Shown: in pieces, positions 1 to 9,861 of the stretch
How positions within the stretch are numbered: position 1 is the stretch's first letter
How the letters are laid out: each line of letters opens with the position of its first letter
Assembly: GCA_965214405.1 (NCBI GenBank)
Contig: OZ243956.1
Span: 2,816,001-2,880,000, forward strand
Direction of reading: 5' to 3'
From: Trueperaceae bacterium
GTDB taxonomy: Bacteria > Deinococcota > Deinococci > Deinococcales > Trueperaceae
Length of the DNA: 64,000 nucleotides
The notes under the pieces: generated by a model
Databases searched by the model: none
Told to the model about the DNA's origin: nothing
The model's input: the letters and a program-made list of their open reading frames with translations, nothing else
Program-made: the position numbers and the translations under genes

Positions 1-237
1 TTGGCTAACTTGCTCAGACGTGTAGAAGTGCTGGGAATGAAGCGGTCACCAAAGAACATCTTGGATGTTGGCTTACCCGAAAAAGACAAACCCATTTTAT
101 CCGCCGCAGTTGATGCGGGGGCGACGCATTTGGTGACGGGAGATGTTAAGCATTTCGGTCCGCTTTATGGTCAGCGTGTTGGGGGCGTGCTCATTTTGTC
201 GCCTGCTGCTTACTTCGCGGCTCGAGCTGGTGCGTAG
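1..237 (+). CDS. PIN-domain protein, C-terminal part (runs in from the window edge)
   Basis: KDKPIL..A..AGATHLVTGDVKHF matches the C-terminal half of PIN-domain toxins. Confidence 0.7.
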   Translation: MANLLRRVEVLGMKRSPKNILDVGLPEKDKPILSAAVDAGATHLVTGDVKHFGPLYGQRVGGVLILSPAAYFAARAGA

Positions 238-239
238 GG

Positions 240-2282
240 CTAACGCCGACCCGCCCCCACTTTCGGCTTCTGCGGCTTCTGCCCAGGCACCGTCGCCATC
301 TTGATCTCTTTACCCTGCAAACGGGCTTCTAATTCCCTAATCCGGTCACGGATGGCGGCGGCGCGCTCGAAGTCTAGGTCTTCGGAAGCCTGCCACATCT
401 CGGCCTCTAAAATGCCCAACTCCTGCTTGACGTCGTCCATGACCAGCTCGCGCTCCCAGGGGTCGAGCTTGACTTCGGCCTCCTCGCCCTCGCTTTCGCC
501 GCGAATCACGTCGTGAATGCGCTTGCGGATCGTCTCGGGGGTGACGCCGTGCTTTTCGTTGTAAGCAAGCTGCTTCTCGCGGCGGCGCTCGGTCTCGTCA
601 ATGGCGGCGCGCATCGCGTCCGAAACGACGTCGGCGTAGAGGAACACCTCGCCCTTGACGTTGCGCGCGGCGCGCCCGATGGTCTGGATGAGCGAACGTT
701 CGCTTCGCAAGAAACCCGTCTTGTCCGCGTCGAGGATCGCCACGAGCGAGACCTCAGGCAAATCCAGCCCCTCACGCAAGAGGTTGATGCCGACCAGCAC
801 GTCAAAGTGACCCAGGCGAAGGTCGCGGATGATGACCTGACGCTCCACCGCGTCGATGTCCGAGTGCATGTAGCGCACCCGGAGACCCTGCTGCGCGAAG
901 TATTCGGTCAAGTCTTCCGACATCTTTTTGGTGAGCGTGGTAACAAGCACGCGCTCGTCACGGCTCGCGCGCTCGCGGATGGCGAAGACGAGGTCGTCAA
1001 TCTGGCCGCGGCTCGGCTTGACGGTGATGGCGGGGTCGATGAGGCCGGTGGGGCGGATCACTTGCTCGACGGTGTTGTCAGATAACGCCGCCTCGCCCGC
1101 CGCCGGGGTGGCCGAGACGAAGATGACTTGGCCCACTCGAGCCAAAAATTCAGGCTCCTTGAGAGGCCGGTTGTCAAGCGCAGCGGGCAGTCTGAAGCCA
1201 TAATCCACCAGCGTCCCCTTGCGCGCCCTGTCGCCGTTATACATGCCGCGAATCTGTGGGAGCATCACGTGCGACTCGTCCAAAAAGGTGATGAAGTCAT
1301 CCGGGAAGTAGTCGAGCAGCGTGTGCGGCGGCTCGCCCGGCTGCCGACCATCCAAGTACCGCGAATAATTCTCGATGCCGTTGCAGTAGCCCAGCGTACG
1401 GAGCATCTCTAAGTCGTACATCGTGCGCTCTTTGATGCGCTGCTTTTCTAAGAGCTTGTCCACCGACTCAAAGTAGCGGAGCCGGTCGCCCAAGTCGTGC
1501 TCGATGTGGTTGAGGGCGGGCTCGAGCTTGTCAAAGGGCGTGACGTAGTGCTTGGCGGGAAAGACGGTGGTCGTCTCTAACTCGCTCACTTCCTTGCCCG
1601 TCACAGGGTCCACCATCACCAAACGGTCAATCTCGTCGCCCCAGAGTTCGATGCGCAGGGGCAGTTCTTCATATGCCGCCCAGACCTCGACCACGTCCCC
1701 CTTGGCCCGAAAGCGTCCGGCGGCGAGTTCAACATCATTGCGCTCGTACTGCTGCGTAATCAGCCGCTCCAAAATCGCGTCGCGCGGCATCTGCGCGCCG
1801 ACGCGCAAGAGCAAGTTGAGGTTTTGGTACTCCGTCGGCGAGCCCAAGCCGTAGATGGCCGACACCGACGCCACCACAATCACGTCTTTGCGCGTTAAGA
1901 GGCTGCGGGTGGTCGAGTGACGCAGACGTTCCAACTCCATGTTGATGTTGGCGTCTTTTTCGATGAACAGGTCCCTGGCAGGTACATACGCCTCGGGCTG
2001 ATAATAATCGTAGTAGGAGATAAAAAACTCGACCGCGGCGTCCGGAAAAAAGTCGCGGAACTCGGCGGCGAGCTGCGCGGTCAAGATTTTGTTGGGGGCC
2101 AAGACGAGCGCGGGGCGCTGCGTCGCCTCGATAATCTTCGCCATCGTATAGGTTTTGCCCGTGCCCGTCGCGCCCAGGAGCGTCTGAAAGCGCAGGCCGT
2201 TTTCCAGCCCCTCGACCAGTCCCGCGATGGCCTGGGGTTGGTCGCCTTTGGGGGAGTAGGGGGAGTGGACTGTTAATGACAT
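240..2282 (-). CDS. uvrB: Excinuclease ABC subunit B
   Basis: GATGTGKT Walker [25 protein letters not shown] and C-terminal UVR domain; TAAAAT lies 6 nt before the ATG (leaderless). Confidence 0.99.
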   Translation of the reverse strand: MSLTVHSPYSPKGDQPQAIAGLVEGLENGLRFQTLLGATGTGKTYTMAKIIEATQRPALVLAPNKILTAQLAAEFRDFFPDAAVEFFISYYDYYQPEAYVPARDLFIEKDANINMELERLRHSTTRSLLTRKDVIVVASVSAIYGLGSPTEYQNLNLLLRVGAQMPRDAILERLITQQYERNDVELAAGRFRAKGDVVEVWAAYEELPLRIELWGDEIDRLVMVDPVTGKEVSELETTTVFPAKHYVTPFDKLEPALNHIEHDLGDRLRYFESVDKLLEKQRIKERTMYDLEMLRTLGYCNGIENYSRYLDGRQPGEPPHTLLDYFPDDFITFLDESHVMLPQIRGMYNGDRARKGTLVDYGFRLPAALDNRPLKEPEFLARVGQVIFVSATPAAGEAALSDNTVEQVIRPTGLIDPAITVKPSRGQIDDLVFAIRERASRDERVLVTTLTKKMSEDLTEYFAQQGLRVRYMHSDIDAVERQVIIRDLRLGHFDVLVGINLLREGLDLPEVSLVAILDADKTGFLRSERSLIQTIGRAARNVKGEVFLYADVVSDAMRAAIDETERRREKQLAYNEKHGVTPETIRKRIHDVIRGESEGEEAEVKLDPWERELVMDDVKQELGILEAEMWQASEDLDFERAAAIRDRIRELEARLQGKEIKMATVPGQKPQKPKVGAGRR

Positions 2283-2413
2283 AGGGTTATTTTACCTCCC
2301 AAAGGTGTCAGGGCGTGTCAGGTATAGAGAAAATTCTGAATTAAATCTCAGTGTTGTCGAGACTTCAAAAGCCCAACCATGCGTTGCGTTACACTAGTGC
2401 CAAAGGAGGAAAC

Positions 2414-2854
2414 ATGCCAACACGTTCAGCCAACGCTGTGTGGGAAGGTAAGCTGCAAAACGGCCAGGGGACCATGAAGCTCGGGAGCGGCGCGTTCGAG
2501 GGGAACTATTCGTTCCCGTCGCGCTTCGAGTCGGGCGGGGGCACGAACCCCGAAGAGCTCATCGGCGCGGCCCACGCGGGCTGCTTTTCGATGGCGCTCG
2601 CCGCGGCTTTGGGTCAAGCAGGCTACACGCCAGAGCGCGTCCAGACCGAGGCCAAAGTTCACTTAGAAAAGGTCGGCGAGGGTTTCAAGATTACCAAGAT
2701 TGAGCTCGAGACCGAAGCCAGCATCCCCAACATCGACGAAAACGAGTTTCAGGAGCAGGCAGAGGCCGCCAAGAAAAACTGCCCGGTCTCGCAGGCCCTG
2801 ACGGGTACGGAGATTACGCTTAACGCCAAGCTGATGAGCCAAGCGCAGGCTTAG
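2414..2854 (+). CDS. osmC: OsmC family peroxiredoxin
   Basis: TNPEELIGAAHAGCFSMAL and AKKNCPVS motifs; GGAGG SD before ATG 2414. Confidence 0.93.
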   Translation: MPTRSANAVWEGKLQNGQGTMKLGSGAFEGNYSFPSRFESGGGTNPEELIGAAHAGCFSMALAAALGQAGYTPERVQTEAKVHLEKVGEGFKITKIELETEASIPNIDENEFQEQAEAAKKNCPVSQALTGTEITLNAKLMSQAQA

Positions 2855-2877
2855 CAGTCAAGACTGACAACAAAGTA

Positions 2878-2908
2878 AAAGGGAGAAGGCTGTAAACCTT
2901 CTCCCTTT
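2878..2908. terminator. Intrinsic terminator (likely bidirectional)
   Basis: AAAGGGAGAAGG-N7-CCTTCTCCCTTT hairpin after osmC. Confidence 0.8.
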
Positions 2909-2965
2909 CTGATTGTTTTGGATTGTTATCTCAGATAGTTTGGGGGTAAGAAAAGAGTTTCATTT

Positions 2966-3267
2966 TTACCTGCTCCCAAGCCACTTAACATAGTTGAGTA
3001 AGCTGCTTTTAGCCATGAACGATAGCAGTTGGAAACTTGGAACCACAGGTGTTTTTTCGTGTAGGTTGTAAGCACCTTTCCGCTCTTCTTTTTTCCATTC
3101 CCCTCTCTGTATCTCCTCTTCTGAATACTCCCTTGGCTTAATCTCTTCTTCTGAATATATCTTTGGCACATACACAGCTTGAAAGAGGCGGGTGCGGCTT
3201 CTATGATCATGGAGGGCGGGCTGCTCTCCGTTATGAGTGTAGTTTGACCTAAAGTCGTGGGCACCAA
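2966..3267 (-). pseudogene. 3' remnant of a possible HEPN-domain gene truncated by the IS
   Basis: The frame of ORF 2966..3175 stays open up to the IS end: GAHDFRSNYTHNGEQP...KWLGSR*, with an R-x4-H motif; low GC. Confidence 0.5.
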
Positions 3268-4397
3268 CTCAGTACACGACAGATTTGAAATAAAGGGCTC
3301 TCCAGTGAAGAATGGATGTTGCGAGACACCACTTCAAGGGAGAGCATATGAAGCATACCGGGTTGCTGGCACAGTTGAAAGCGAGCGGCTTAAAGCTGCA
3401 CCCGTCACGGCTTAAGTTCTTGAGCTTGTTGATGATCGCGATGGTGCAGGCAAAGACGGTGAACTTGGCGACGTTGGTAGGCATGATGGAGGGCAGAGCC
3501 CAGCCGGACTCGCTTTACAGACGGGCGCAACGGTTTTTCCAAGGCTTGCACTTGGCCGATGAGACAGTTTTCAGGTACGCGCTGAGTCTAGGTCCCAAGC
3601 GAAGCTACAGCCTGTGCCTAGACCGGACGAACTGGAAGTTTGGCAAACTCGACATCAACATCTTGACCCTGGCTTATGCGCATGAGGGCGTAGCGGTTCC
3701 CTTACTGTGGTGTCTTTTGCCCAAGGCTGGCAACTCCGCCACGCAAGAACGCATTACGCTTTTGGAGCGTTTGCTAAAACTTTTGCCCGTAGACCAGCTA
3801 GAGGTGCTGCTAGCCGATAGGGAGTTCATCGGGGGCGACTGGTTCGCTTATCTTGAGCGTAAGCACATCCCTTTCGTTATCCGCGTGCGTAAAGACGCTC
3901 TCGGTGATGGCTGGTTTCATCTGTTCGGCTTTTTCCAGCATCTACCTGTGGGTGAGCACAAGGTACTTAAACAGCGCTACACTGTCTTTGGTGTTGAGCT
4001 TGGGGTTGCAGGCGCGCGTTTAGAGGGTGGAGAATACATCATCGTCGTCACCAACCGCAATCCTAAGCAGGCCCTCGCAAGCTACGCGAAGCGCTGGCAG
4101 ATAGAATGCTTGTTCAAAGCCTTGAAAAGCAGCGGCTTTGACTTTGAAGCTACGCATCTCAAGCACCTAGAGCGCATTAACACCTTACTTGTCGTTGTGA
4201 CCCTGGCTTTCTTATGGGCCTTGAAAGTCGGAGCATTTGTTCACCGTCAGCTCAAACCTGTTCGAATGAAGTCGCACGGGCGCAAGCAGAAGTCTTTATT
4301 CCGGGCAGGCTTAGACCATCTCAGGCATCTGCTCACCAACTCGGCAACCAAAAAGCCTGACCTGGACCGCTGTTTTCGGCTTTTGTCGTGTACTTAG
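3268..4397 (+). mobile_element. IS4-family insertion sequence (1130 bp)
   Basis: Terminal inverted repeats CTCAGTACACGACAGA (from 3268) and TTTGTCGTGTACTTAG (to 4397); no target-site duplication visible. Confidence 0.9.
3348..4397 (+). CDS. IS4-family DDE transposase
   Basis: DRTNWKFG, LLADREF and YAKRWQIECLFK (YREK-like) motifs; stop codon lies in the right IR. Confidence 0.93.
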   Translation: MKHTGLLAQLKASGLKLHPSRLKFLSLLMIAMVQAKTVNLATLVGMMEGRAQPDSLYRRAQRFFQGLHLADETVFRYALSLGPKRSYSLCLDRTNWKFGKLDINILTLAYAHEGVAVPLLWCLLPKAGNSATQERITLLERLLKLLPVDQLEVLLADREFIGGDWFAYLERKHIPFVIRVRKDALGDGWFHLFGFFQHLPVGEHKVLKQRYTVFGVELGVAGARLEGGEYIIVVTNRNPKQALASYAKRWQIECLFKALKSSGFDFEATHLKHLERINTLLVVVTLAFLWALKVGAFVHRQLKPVRMKSHGRKQKSLFRAGLDHLRHLLTNSATKKPDLDRCFRLLSCT

Positions 4398-5328
4398 CCC
4401 TGACTGTTAAATCTACCGCTTCTTCTGGGGCATACTCAACAATCTTTTTTGCGAATCCTAGAACTTCCCTATCTCCTATAATGCCATAAACTTGATCATT
4501 GGAAGTGAAAGCTTGAAGTATTTTTATGATTTCCTGACTGCTAAAATCGTTGACTCTACTGAGTTTTGAAATAGCCGAATGAGTTGCGGAGAAGCTTGAT
4601 GAGCCCTCCAAATCCTCTATGGCTGTCAGTTTTCTTACTTCACCAGACAGTTTAATCTCCGGAAAGTATTTTCCTAAAAAGGATGGTAAATTCTTGTGAA
4701 GCTCTATCTCGCCGCCGTTCTTTTCTTCCCACTCTCGCTTTAGATAATCCTTTATGCTTCCTTTGGTGAGTACAGATTCATAATCACCATCTGAACTTAC
4801 CAGTGTTAGATTTTCCTCGTCGGCAACATTCTCAAGTAGCCACTCCCAACAAATCGCATCCCCAAGGCTACCTTTTTTCCCAGGTGGGTTCCCTAGTGCT
4901 ACGCGAAGCTTGGCCCTCTTGACTATTTCGTCCTCGACAGTTTCCGTCTTTGCTCTACCAAACAATCTTGCTATCACGGAATCTGCTTTGAGTTCATTAT
5001 TATTTATGTCACTCTCCACCATTCTTTTAAGGTCTTTTGCCTGTTTGTTAACTTCATCAATCGCGTTACTCAAGCATTCAACTTCTTTACGACCACGTAC
5101 AATGTTTGGGATTCGTGAAACTGCTTTTGTCTCATCAAATTGTTTGAGAGCATCCGAAATAACGCCCTCTCTGTTTCTCCAGAATTCATCTTCTACCTGT
5201 TTTGGAGCATATAATTTGAGGCGTCCAGCCCCCATAAGTTCGACTATTTTTTGAAGCTCGTCTAAATCTGGACCTGATAGATGGTAGAAGTCCAAAAGGA
5301 TGTTGGTATCCAGAAAAACGTTTATCAT
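4333..5328 (-). CDS. PIN-like domain protein (DUF4935-like); last about 21 codons derive from the IS
   Basis: VFLDTNILLDFY, GDAICWE and VSSDGDY PIN acidic motifs; low GC; frame runs into the IS right end. Confidence 0.75.
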   Translation of the reverse strand: MINVFLDTNILLDFYHLSGPDLDELQKIVELMGAGRLKLYAPKQVEDEFWRNREGVISDALKQFDETKAVSRIPNIVRGRKEVECLSNAIDEVNKQAKDLKRMVESDINNNELKADSVIARLFGRAKTETVEDEIVKRAKLRVALGNPPGKKGSLGDAICWEWLLENVADEENLTLVSSDGDYESVLTKGSIKDYLKREWEEKNGGEIELHKNLPSFLGKYFPEIKLSGEVRKLTAIEDLEGSSSFSATHSAISKLSRVNDFSSQEIIKILQAFTSNDQVYGIIGDREVLGFAKKIVEYAPEEAVDLTVRAKYTTKAENSGPGQAFWLPSW

Positions 5329-5369
5329 TAGTGTGCCTCCTCGTCACAAGTCTCTGTCATAGTTACTTT

Positions 5370-5924
5370 TTAGAGACCAGCGTAAAGTTCCCCCACCGCA
5401 AGCTCGAGCCCCACGCACGGCAGCTCAACCTTTTCTCCCGCCTCTTTCACACTGTAGCGCCAGGTGCCGCCCTCGTCACGCTCGTAAATCTCAATGCGCT
5501 GCACATCCTGATTGATGAGCACGTAAGCGCGCAGGCTTTCGAACCTGAGGTAGTTGTGGAGCTTTTCGCCTCGGTCGACGGCCTCGGTGGAAGGGGAGAG
5601 CACTTCAACGATGAGACAGGGCCTGCGTTTGACGTAAGCGTCATCGTCTTCTTCATCACAGGTGACGAGCACGTCCGGGTAGTAGCCGACGCCGTCGGGG
5701 GTACGAACTTTCATGTCGGCGAAAAAGGTGCGGCAGGGTCCGGTTTCGGCGCTCAGCAGCCGGGCGTACAGGCGGCCCGCGAGGCGGTTGTGGCGGTCCG
5801 AAGCGCCCGCCATCACGAACACTTGGCCGTGGACGAACTCGTGTTTGACGGGGGAGTGACGCTCGAGTTCCAGATACTCCTCAAAGGTCAAGCCCGACCG
5901 GACGGGTTCAGCGGTGCGTGACAT
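5370..5924 (-). CDS. Uma2 (DUF820) family endonuclease-fold protein
   Basis: KHEFVHG, YYPDV and IVEVLSPSTEAVDRGEK motifs; TATAAT 5 nt before ATG. Confidence 0.93.
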   Translation of the reverse strand: MSRTAEPVRSGLTFEEYLELERHSPVKHEFVHGQVFVMAGASDRHNRLAGRLYARLLSAETGPCRTFFADMKVRTPDGVGYYPDVLVTCDEEDDDAYVKRRPCLIVEVLSPSTEAVDRGEKLHNYLRFESLRAYVLINQDVQRIEIYERDEGGTWRYSVKEAGEKVELPCVGLELAVGELYAGL

Positions 5925-5992
5925 AGTCCATTATACGGTTACTTTTTATGATGTTGCCCTCGAGCCTCAAGCATACGCATCGTACAGGGTTG

Positions 5993-6760
5993 TTAGTCGT
6001 TGCTTTGAGGTAATGGGCTCGAGCTGGACAACACACCACCCAAATCAACCGCCTGAACGCTGATGACAAGCAATTCCGGTTCACTACCCAGCAGGTTCGT
6101 TTGCAGAAACTTGTTGGAAAATCGGGCGGTACCAAAGAACCCGAAGTCAAACGTGTAGAAAACAAGTTGACCATCGGGGCGGTGCATCCTGACCTCGAGG
6201 AAGATGTCCTTCTCTTCTACGTTTCCTATGACATCTTCATAAAATGAAGGGAAGATGCTGAAAAGTTGCTTTTCTTCCCCTCCTTGCCAGTCAAGCGCGT
6301 CGAGCGGCATTTCAACTGTTGTTAAGGGGCCAAGGTAGGTCAGCTTGTCGGTGGGGTAGTTCTGCTCGAAGTAAGGGCCATCAGGATAATTAACTGCAGG
6401 TTCTGTGGTCGTCGAAACTTTAACGCGTGCATCTGACTCTAGCGCAGCTCTTGAAAACGCTACGCCCGCAAGACTCTCGCGCCAAAGCTCTTTGGGCTCG
6501 TAATGTCGTATCGTTACCGCTCTTTGCTCTTCAGTTACAACTTCCTCCCGCTGACGAACTTGAGGAGCGTTGGGTGCGTTACTTTGAACAAGAACCACCT
6601 GTGAGAAGGTGCCGACCACTTCTGCGCCTGCTGTAGCGCTGACCATTCCCGCATCAACCGAACCGACCACCAGCCAAGCCGTCACCGCAAGCAACGTGAG
6701 GTTCACTCTGGTATCAGATTCATATGCACGAATCCATCTTCCTCTTCGCGCCCTCGTCAA
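5993..6760 (-). CDS. Hypothetical, possibly secreted protein (start uncertain)
   Basis: Long ORF coupled to the upstream SDR; hydrophobic stretch LTLLAVTAWLVVGS. Confidence 0.45.
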   Translation of the reverse strand: MTRARRGRWIRAYESDTRVNLTLLAVTAWLVVGSVDAGMVSATAGAEVVGTFSQVVLVQSNAPNAPQVRQREEVVTEEQRAVTIRHYEPKELWRESLAGVAFSRAALESDARVKVSTTTEPAVNYPDGPYFEQNYPTDKLTYLGPLTTVEMPLDALDWQGGEEKQLFSIFPSFYEDVIGNVEEKDIFLEVRMHRPDGQLVFYTFDFGFFGTARFSNKFLQTNLLGSEPELLVISVQAVDLGGVLSSSSPLPQSND

Positions 6761-7599
6761 AAAGAAGCGCGCGGCACCCCCCCATCCAAAATCGCTCTCA
6801 TCCGCGCCTCGACAAGTTTATTGAAAGGCGGGTGCGTGAGGATGTAAAAGCTCTCCTTTTGGATGCCCTCGAACACGGCTTGAGCTACGTCGGCGGGCTC
6901 GAGCCCTCCCTTGACGGCTTCCATAATCGCGCCCGCGGTGCGCTGCGTGCCCTCGTCAACGGTTTCTAAAAGGGTGCGCTCCTCCGCCCGGCGGTTTCGC
7001 TCCGAGAGGTGGATGTTGGTCTTGATCCAGGCGGGGCAGAGCACCGATACGCCGATGTTGGCGTCAACCTCCCGAAAGTCCAAATGGAGCGTTTCGGAAA
7101 GCGCCACCACCGCGTGTTTGGTCACGCCGTAGGTGTTCATGCGTTTGGTAGAGATGAGCCCGGCAATCGAGGCGGTGTTGACGACGTGAGCACTCTCGCC
7201 GTGCGTCAACATGCGGGGTACAAAGACCTTAACGCCGTAGACGACACTCCGCAGGTTCACGCCCAGCACCCAGTCCCAGTCTTCTAACGAACTCTCCCAG
7301 AGGAGGCGCGGCGCGCTCGAGACGCCCGCGTTGTTAAAAAGCAGGTGGACGTTGCCGAAGCGTTCTTCGGCAGCTCTTGCGAGATGCTCAATCTCCTCGA
7401 AACGGCTCACGTCGGTCTTGACGGTGAGGAAGTCCGCACCCTTGGTCTCGAGCTCCCCCGCAACCATCTCCAAATCCCCTTCGCTGATGTCCGCCAGCAC
7501 CACCTTCATCCCCAGCGCCGCGGCCCGGTGCGCCAGCGCCCGCCCGACGCCGCTCCCCGCGCCCGTGACGACGGCGGTTTTGCCCGCAAAGTCCTTCAT
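6757..7599 (-). CDS. SDR family oxidoreductase
   Basis: TGAGSGVG, NNAG and YGVTK catalytic motif. Confidence 0.93.
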   Translation of the reverse strand: MKDFAGKTAVVTGAGSGVGRALAHRAAALGMKVVLADISEGDLEMVAGELETKGADFLTVKTDVSRFEEIEHLARAAEERFGNVHLLFNNAGVSSAPRLLWESSLEDWDWVLGVNLRSVVYGVKVFVPRMLTHGESAHVVNTASIAGLISTKRMNTYGVTKHAVVALSETLHLDFREVDANIGVSVLCPAWIKTNIHLSERNRRAEERTLLETVDEGTQRTAGAIMEAVKGGLEPADVAQAVFEGIQKESFYILTHPPFNKLVEARMRAILDGGVPRASF

Positions 7600-8609
7600 G
7601 CGGGAGGTTCTGAGACCTGGACGAGCAGCTTGCCCATTTTGTCTCCGGTAAAGAGTTTGTTGATGATGGTGGGGGCGCTTTCTAGGCCCTGGTGGATATC
7701 AGAGCGAAACTTCAACCGACCTTCCTTCATCCACCCCGCCATCTCCTGCACCGCCTCGGCGGCGCGGCTGTAGTAGTCGAGAACCAAAAAACCTTCTATC
7801 TTGGCGCGCTTCGACACGAGGATGCCGAGGTTCTGAATCCCCGGCCCCGCCTCGGTCGCGGTGTACTGCGAGATAAAGCCGCACAAAGGAATCCTCGCGC
7901 CGATGTTGACATGCCCCAACACCGCGTCCAGGATGGGTCCGCCGACGTTCTCAAAGTAGACGTCCACCCCGTCGGGGCAAGCGTTGCGAAGCGCTTTGTA
8001 GACGTTCTCGCTCTTGTAGTTAACGGCGGCGTCCGCCCCCAACTCGTCCGTCAACCACGCGCACTTTTCGTCGCTCCCGGCAATGCCGACAACGCGCAGG
8101 TCCTTAATTTTGCCGATTTGACAGACCACCGACCCCACCGCCCCGGCGGCCCCCGACACGACGAGCGTTTCGCCCTCCTTGGGTTTGCCCACGTCCGAGA
8201 GCCCGTAGTAAGCGGTGATACCGGTCATCCCTAGCGGACCCATATAAGCGTCTAAGGGCACCCCCGGCTCACGCGGGAGCTTCTGGAAACCCTTGCCGTC
8301 GCTCACCGTGTACGTCTGCCAACCCGTCAGGCCCGAGACGATATCGCCCTCTGCAAACTTTGGATTTTTAGACGCCTCCACCACGCCGAGGCCGTTACTA
8401 CGCATCACCGCGCCGAGTTCGACCTTGGGCAGATAACTGTCCGCCTTTGCCCACACGCGCTGGGTCGGGTCGAGCGAGAGGTAGACGACGCGGAGGAGGA
8501 TTTGGCCGTCCTCTAACTCCGGCACCGCCTCCTCCCGCCACTCGAAATCGCTTTCCTTGAACATGCCGTCGGGACGCTCTTTGAGCCGCCATTGCTGGTT
8601 GGTTTGCAT
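7596..8609 (-). CDS. NADP-dependent oxidoreductase (prostaglandin reductase/alkenal reductase-like MDR)
   Basis: YLSLDP, GETLVVSGAAGAVG and GVDVYFENVGG motifs. Confidence 0.92.
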   Translation of the reverse strand: MQTNQQWRLKERPDGMFKESDFEWREEAVPELEDGQILLRVVYLSLDPTQRVWAKADSYLPKVELGAVMRSNGLGVVEASKNPKFAEGDIVSGLTGWQTYTVSDGKGFQKLPREPGVPLDAYMGPLGMTGITAYYGLSDVGKPKEGETLVVSGAAGAVGSVVCQIGKIKDLRVVGIAGSDEKCAWLTDELGADAAVNYKSENVYKALRNACPDGVDVYFENVGGPILDAVLGHVNIGARIPLCGFISQYTATEAGPGIQNLGILVSKRAKIEGFLVLDYYSRAAEAVQEMAGWMKEGRLKFRSDIHQGLESAPTIINKLFTGDKMGKLLVQVSEPPA

Positions 8610-8686
8610 AATTTTTCCTTTCGGGATGGGGAATGGAGAGGTAGGGAGACCTTCACCCTATTTCCTCCGCCCCCTACCGCCCCACC

Positions 8687-9751
8687 TCAAACGCTTCCCC
8701 TGTCTACCGCCCGCTCCGCCATCTCCCCGCAGGCCCGCACCGCGTGGATAAGGCCCGCGAAACGCTCGTCTTTGGTTAAACCTTTTTTGTAGCGCGCGTA
8801 AATCTGCTGCAAGATGACGGCGATTTTGAAGAGGCCGTAGACGTAGTAGAACACGGGATTGGGTAAGTCGCGCCCGCTTGCCCGCTGGTACTGCTCGAGC
8901 ACCTCCGCCCGCGTCGGGTTACCCGGCAGGGCCGTCGGGCTGAGGCCCAAACGCTGCATCGCGGGCGGGTCGTCGGCCTGAGTCCAGTAGCCTAAAGAGG
9001 TGCCCAAATCCATGAGCGGGTCGCCCACCGTCGCCATCTCCCAGTCGAGCACGGCGGTGATGCGGGTGGGGTCGTGAGGGGAGAACACTACATTGTCGTA
9101 TTTGAAATCGTTGTGGATGAGCGACGCGCCCGACTCAGGGGGCATGGTTTGCTCGAGCCATCCCGCCGCCGCGTCAACAGTCGGCACATCATCCGTCTGC
9201 GCCGCCTTATAACGTTCCGTCCAGCCGCGAACCTGCCGCGCGACGTAGCCCTCCGGCCTGCCAAAGTCGCGCAGTCCCGCCGCGCCTAAGTCAACCGCGT
9301 GAAGCTCTGCGAGCGCGTTCACAAGGGAGGTGGCGACGCCCCGCATCACACCGGGTGCGGGCGCGCGATCCTCCGGCATGGTGCCGCGCAAAATCACGCC
9401 TTCAACGCGTTCCATTACGTAAAAGGGTGCGCCGATAATCTCGACATCCTCGCAGTAGAGGAGGGGCTTGGGCGCTTTGTCGTAGACGGGGTGCAGGTGC
9501 GAGAGCACGCGGTACTCGCGGCCCATGTCGTGCGCGCTTCTAATGTTCGCGCCAAAGGGCGGGCGGCGCAGGACGAGGGGCGTGCCGCCCAGCTCGAGCA
9601 GATACGTCAGATTTGAAAACCCGCTCGGAAACTGTTTTACTCTGAGTTCGCCGCTCAGGTTCAAGTGCTCGCGGAGGTAGGGCTCGAGGCGGGAGGGCTC
9701 GAGCCCTTCTCCTTGACGAACCGCTTTTGGTTGGTCGATGGGATGGTTCAT
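8687..9751 (-). CDS. APH-family phosphotransferase (ACAD10/11 N-terminal or LvaA-like)
   Basis: SGFSNLTY, VLRRPP, AHDMGRE, HNDFKYDN and LDWEMATVGDPLMDL motifs. Confidence 0.9.
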   Translation of the reverse strand: MNHPIDQPKAVRQGEGLEPSRLEPYLREHLNLSGELRVKQFPSGFSNLTYLLELGGTPLVLRRPPFGANIRSAHDMGREYRVLSHLHPVYDKAPKPLLYCEDVEIIGAPFYVMERVEGVILRGTMPEDRAPAPGVMRGVATSLVNALAELHAVDLGAAGLRDFGRPEGYVARQVRGWTERYKAAQTDDVPTVDAAAGWLEQTMPPESGASLIHNDFKYDNVVFSPHDPTRITAVLDWEMATVGDPLMDLGTSLGYWTQADDPPAMQRLGLSPTALPGNPTRAEVLEQYQRASGRDLPNPVFYYVYGLFKIAVILQQIYARYKKGLTKDERFAGLIHAVRACGEMAERAVDRGSV

Positions 9752-9861
9752 AAGTTCCTAGATTCGTTTTGCGTAGAGGCCACTATGAGCTGCGAGAAGT
9801 ACCGAGGACCGAGTGAAAAGTCATGAGTGAGACAAAAAGCTCATCTCCTAGCCTTCACTCC

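Noticed and set aside
2283..2413. DdrO/RDRM or LexA box upstream of uvrB
   Set aside because: No matching palindrome found by eye
2926..3267. 113-aa ORF MVPTTLGQ...
   Set aside because: The alternative frame ending at 2966 has more protein-like composition and an R-x4-H motif
9752..9861. lvaB-like small gene between the ACAD and kinase genes
   Set aside because: Only a 7-codon ORF follows the SD-like sequence
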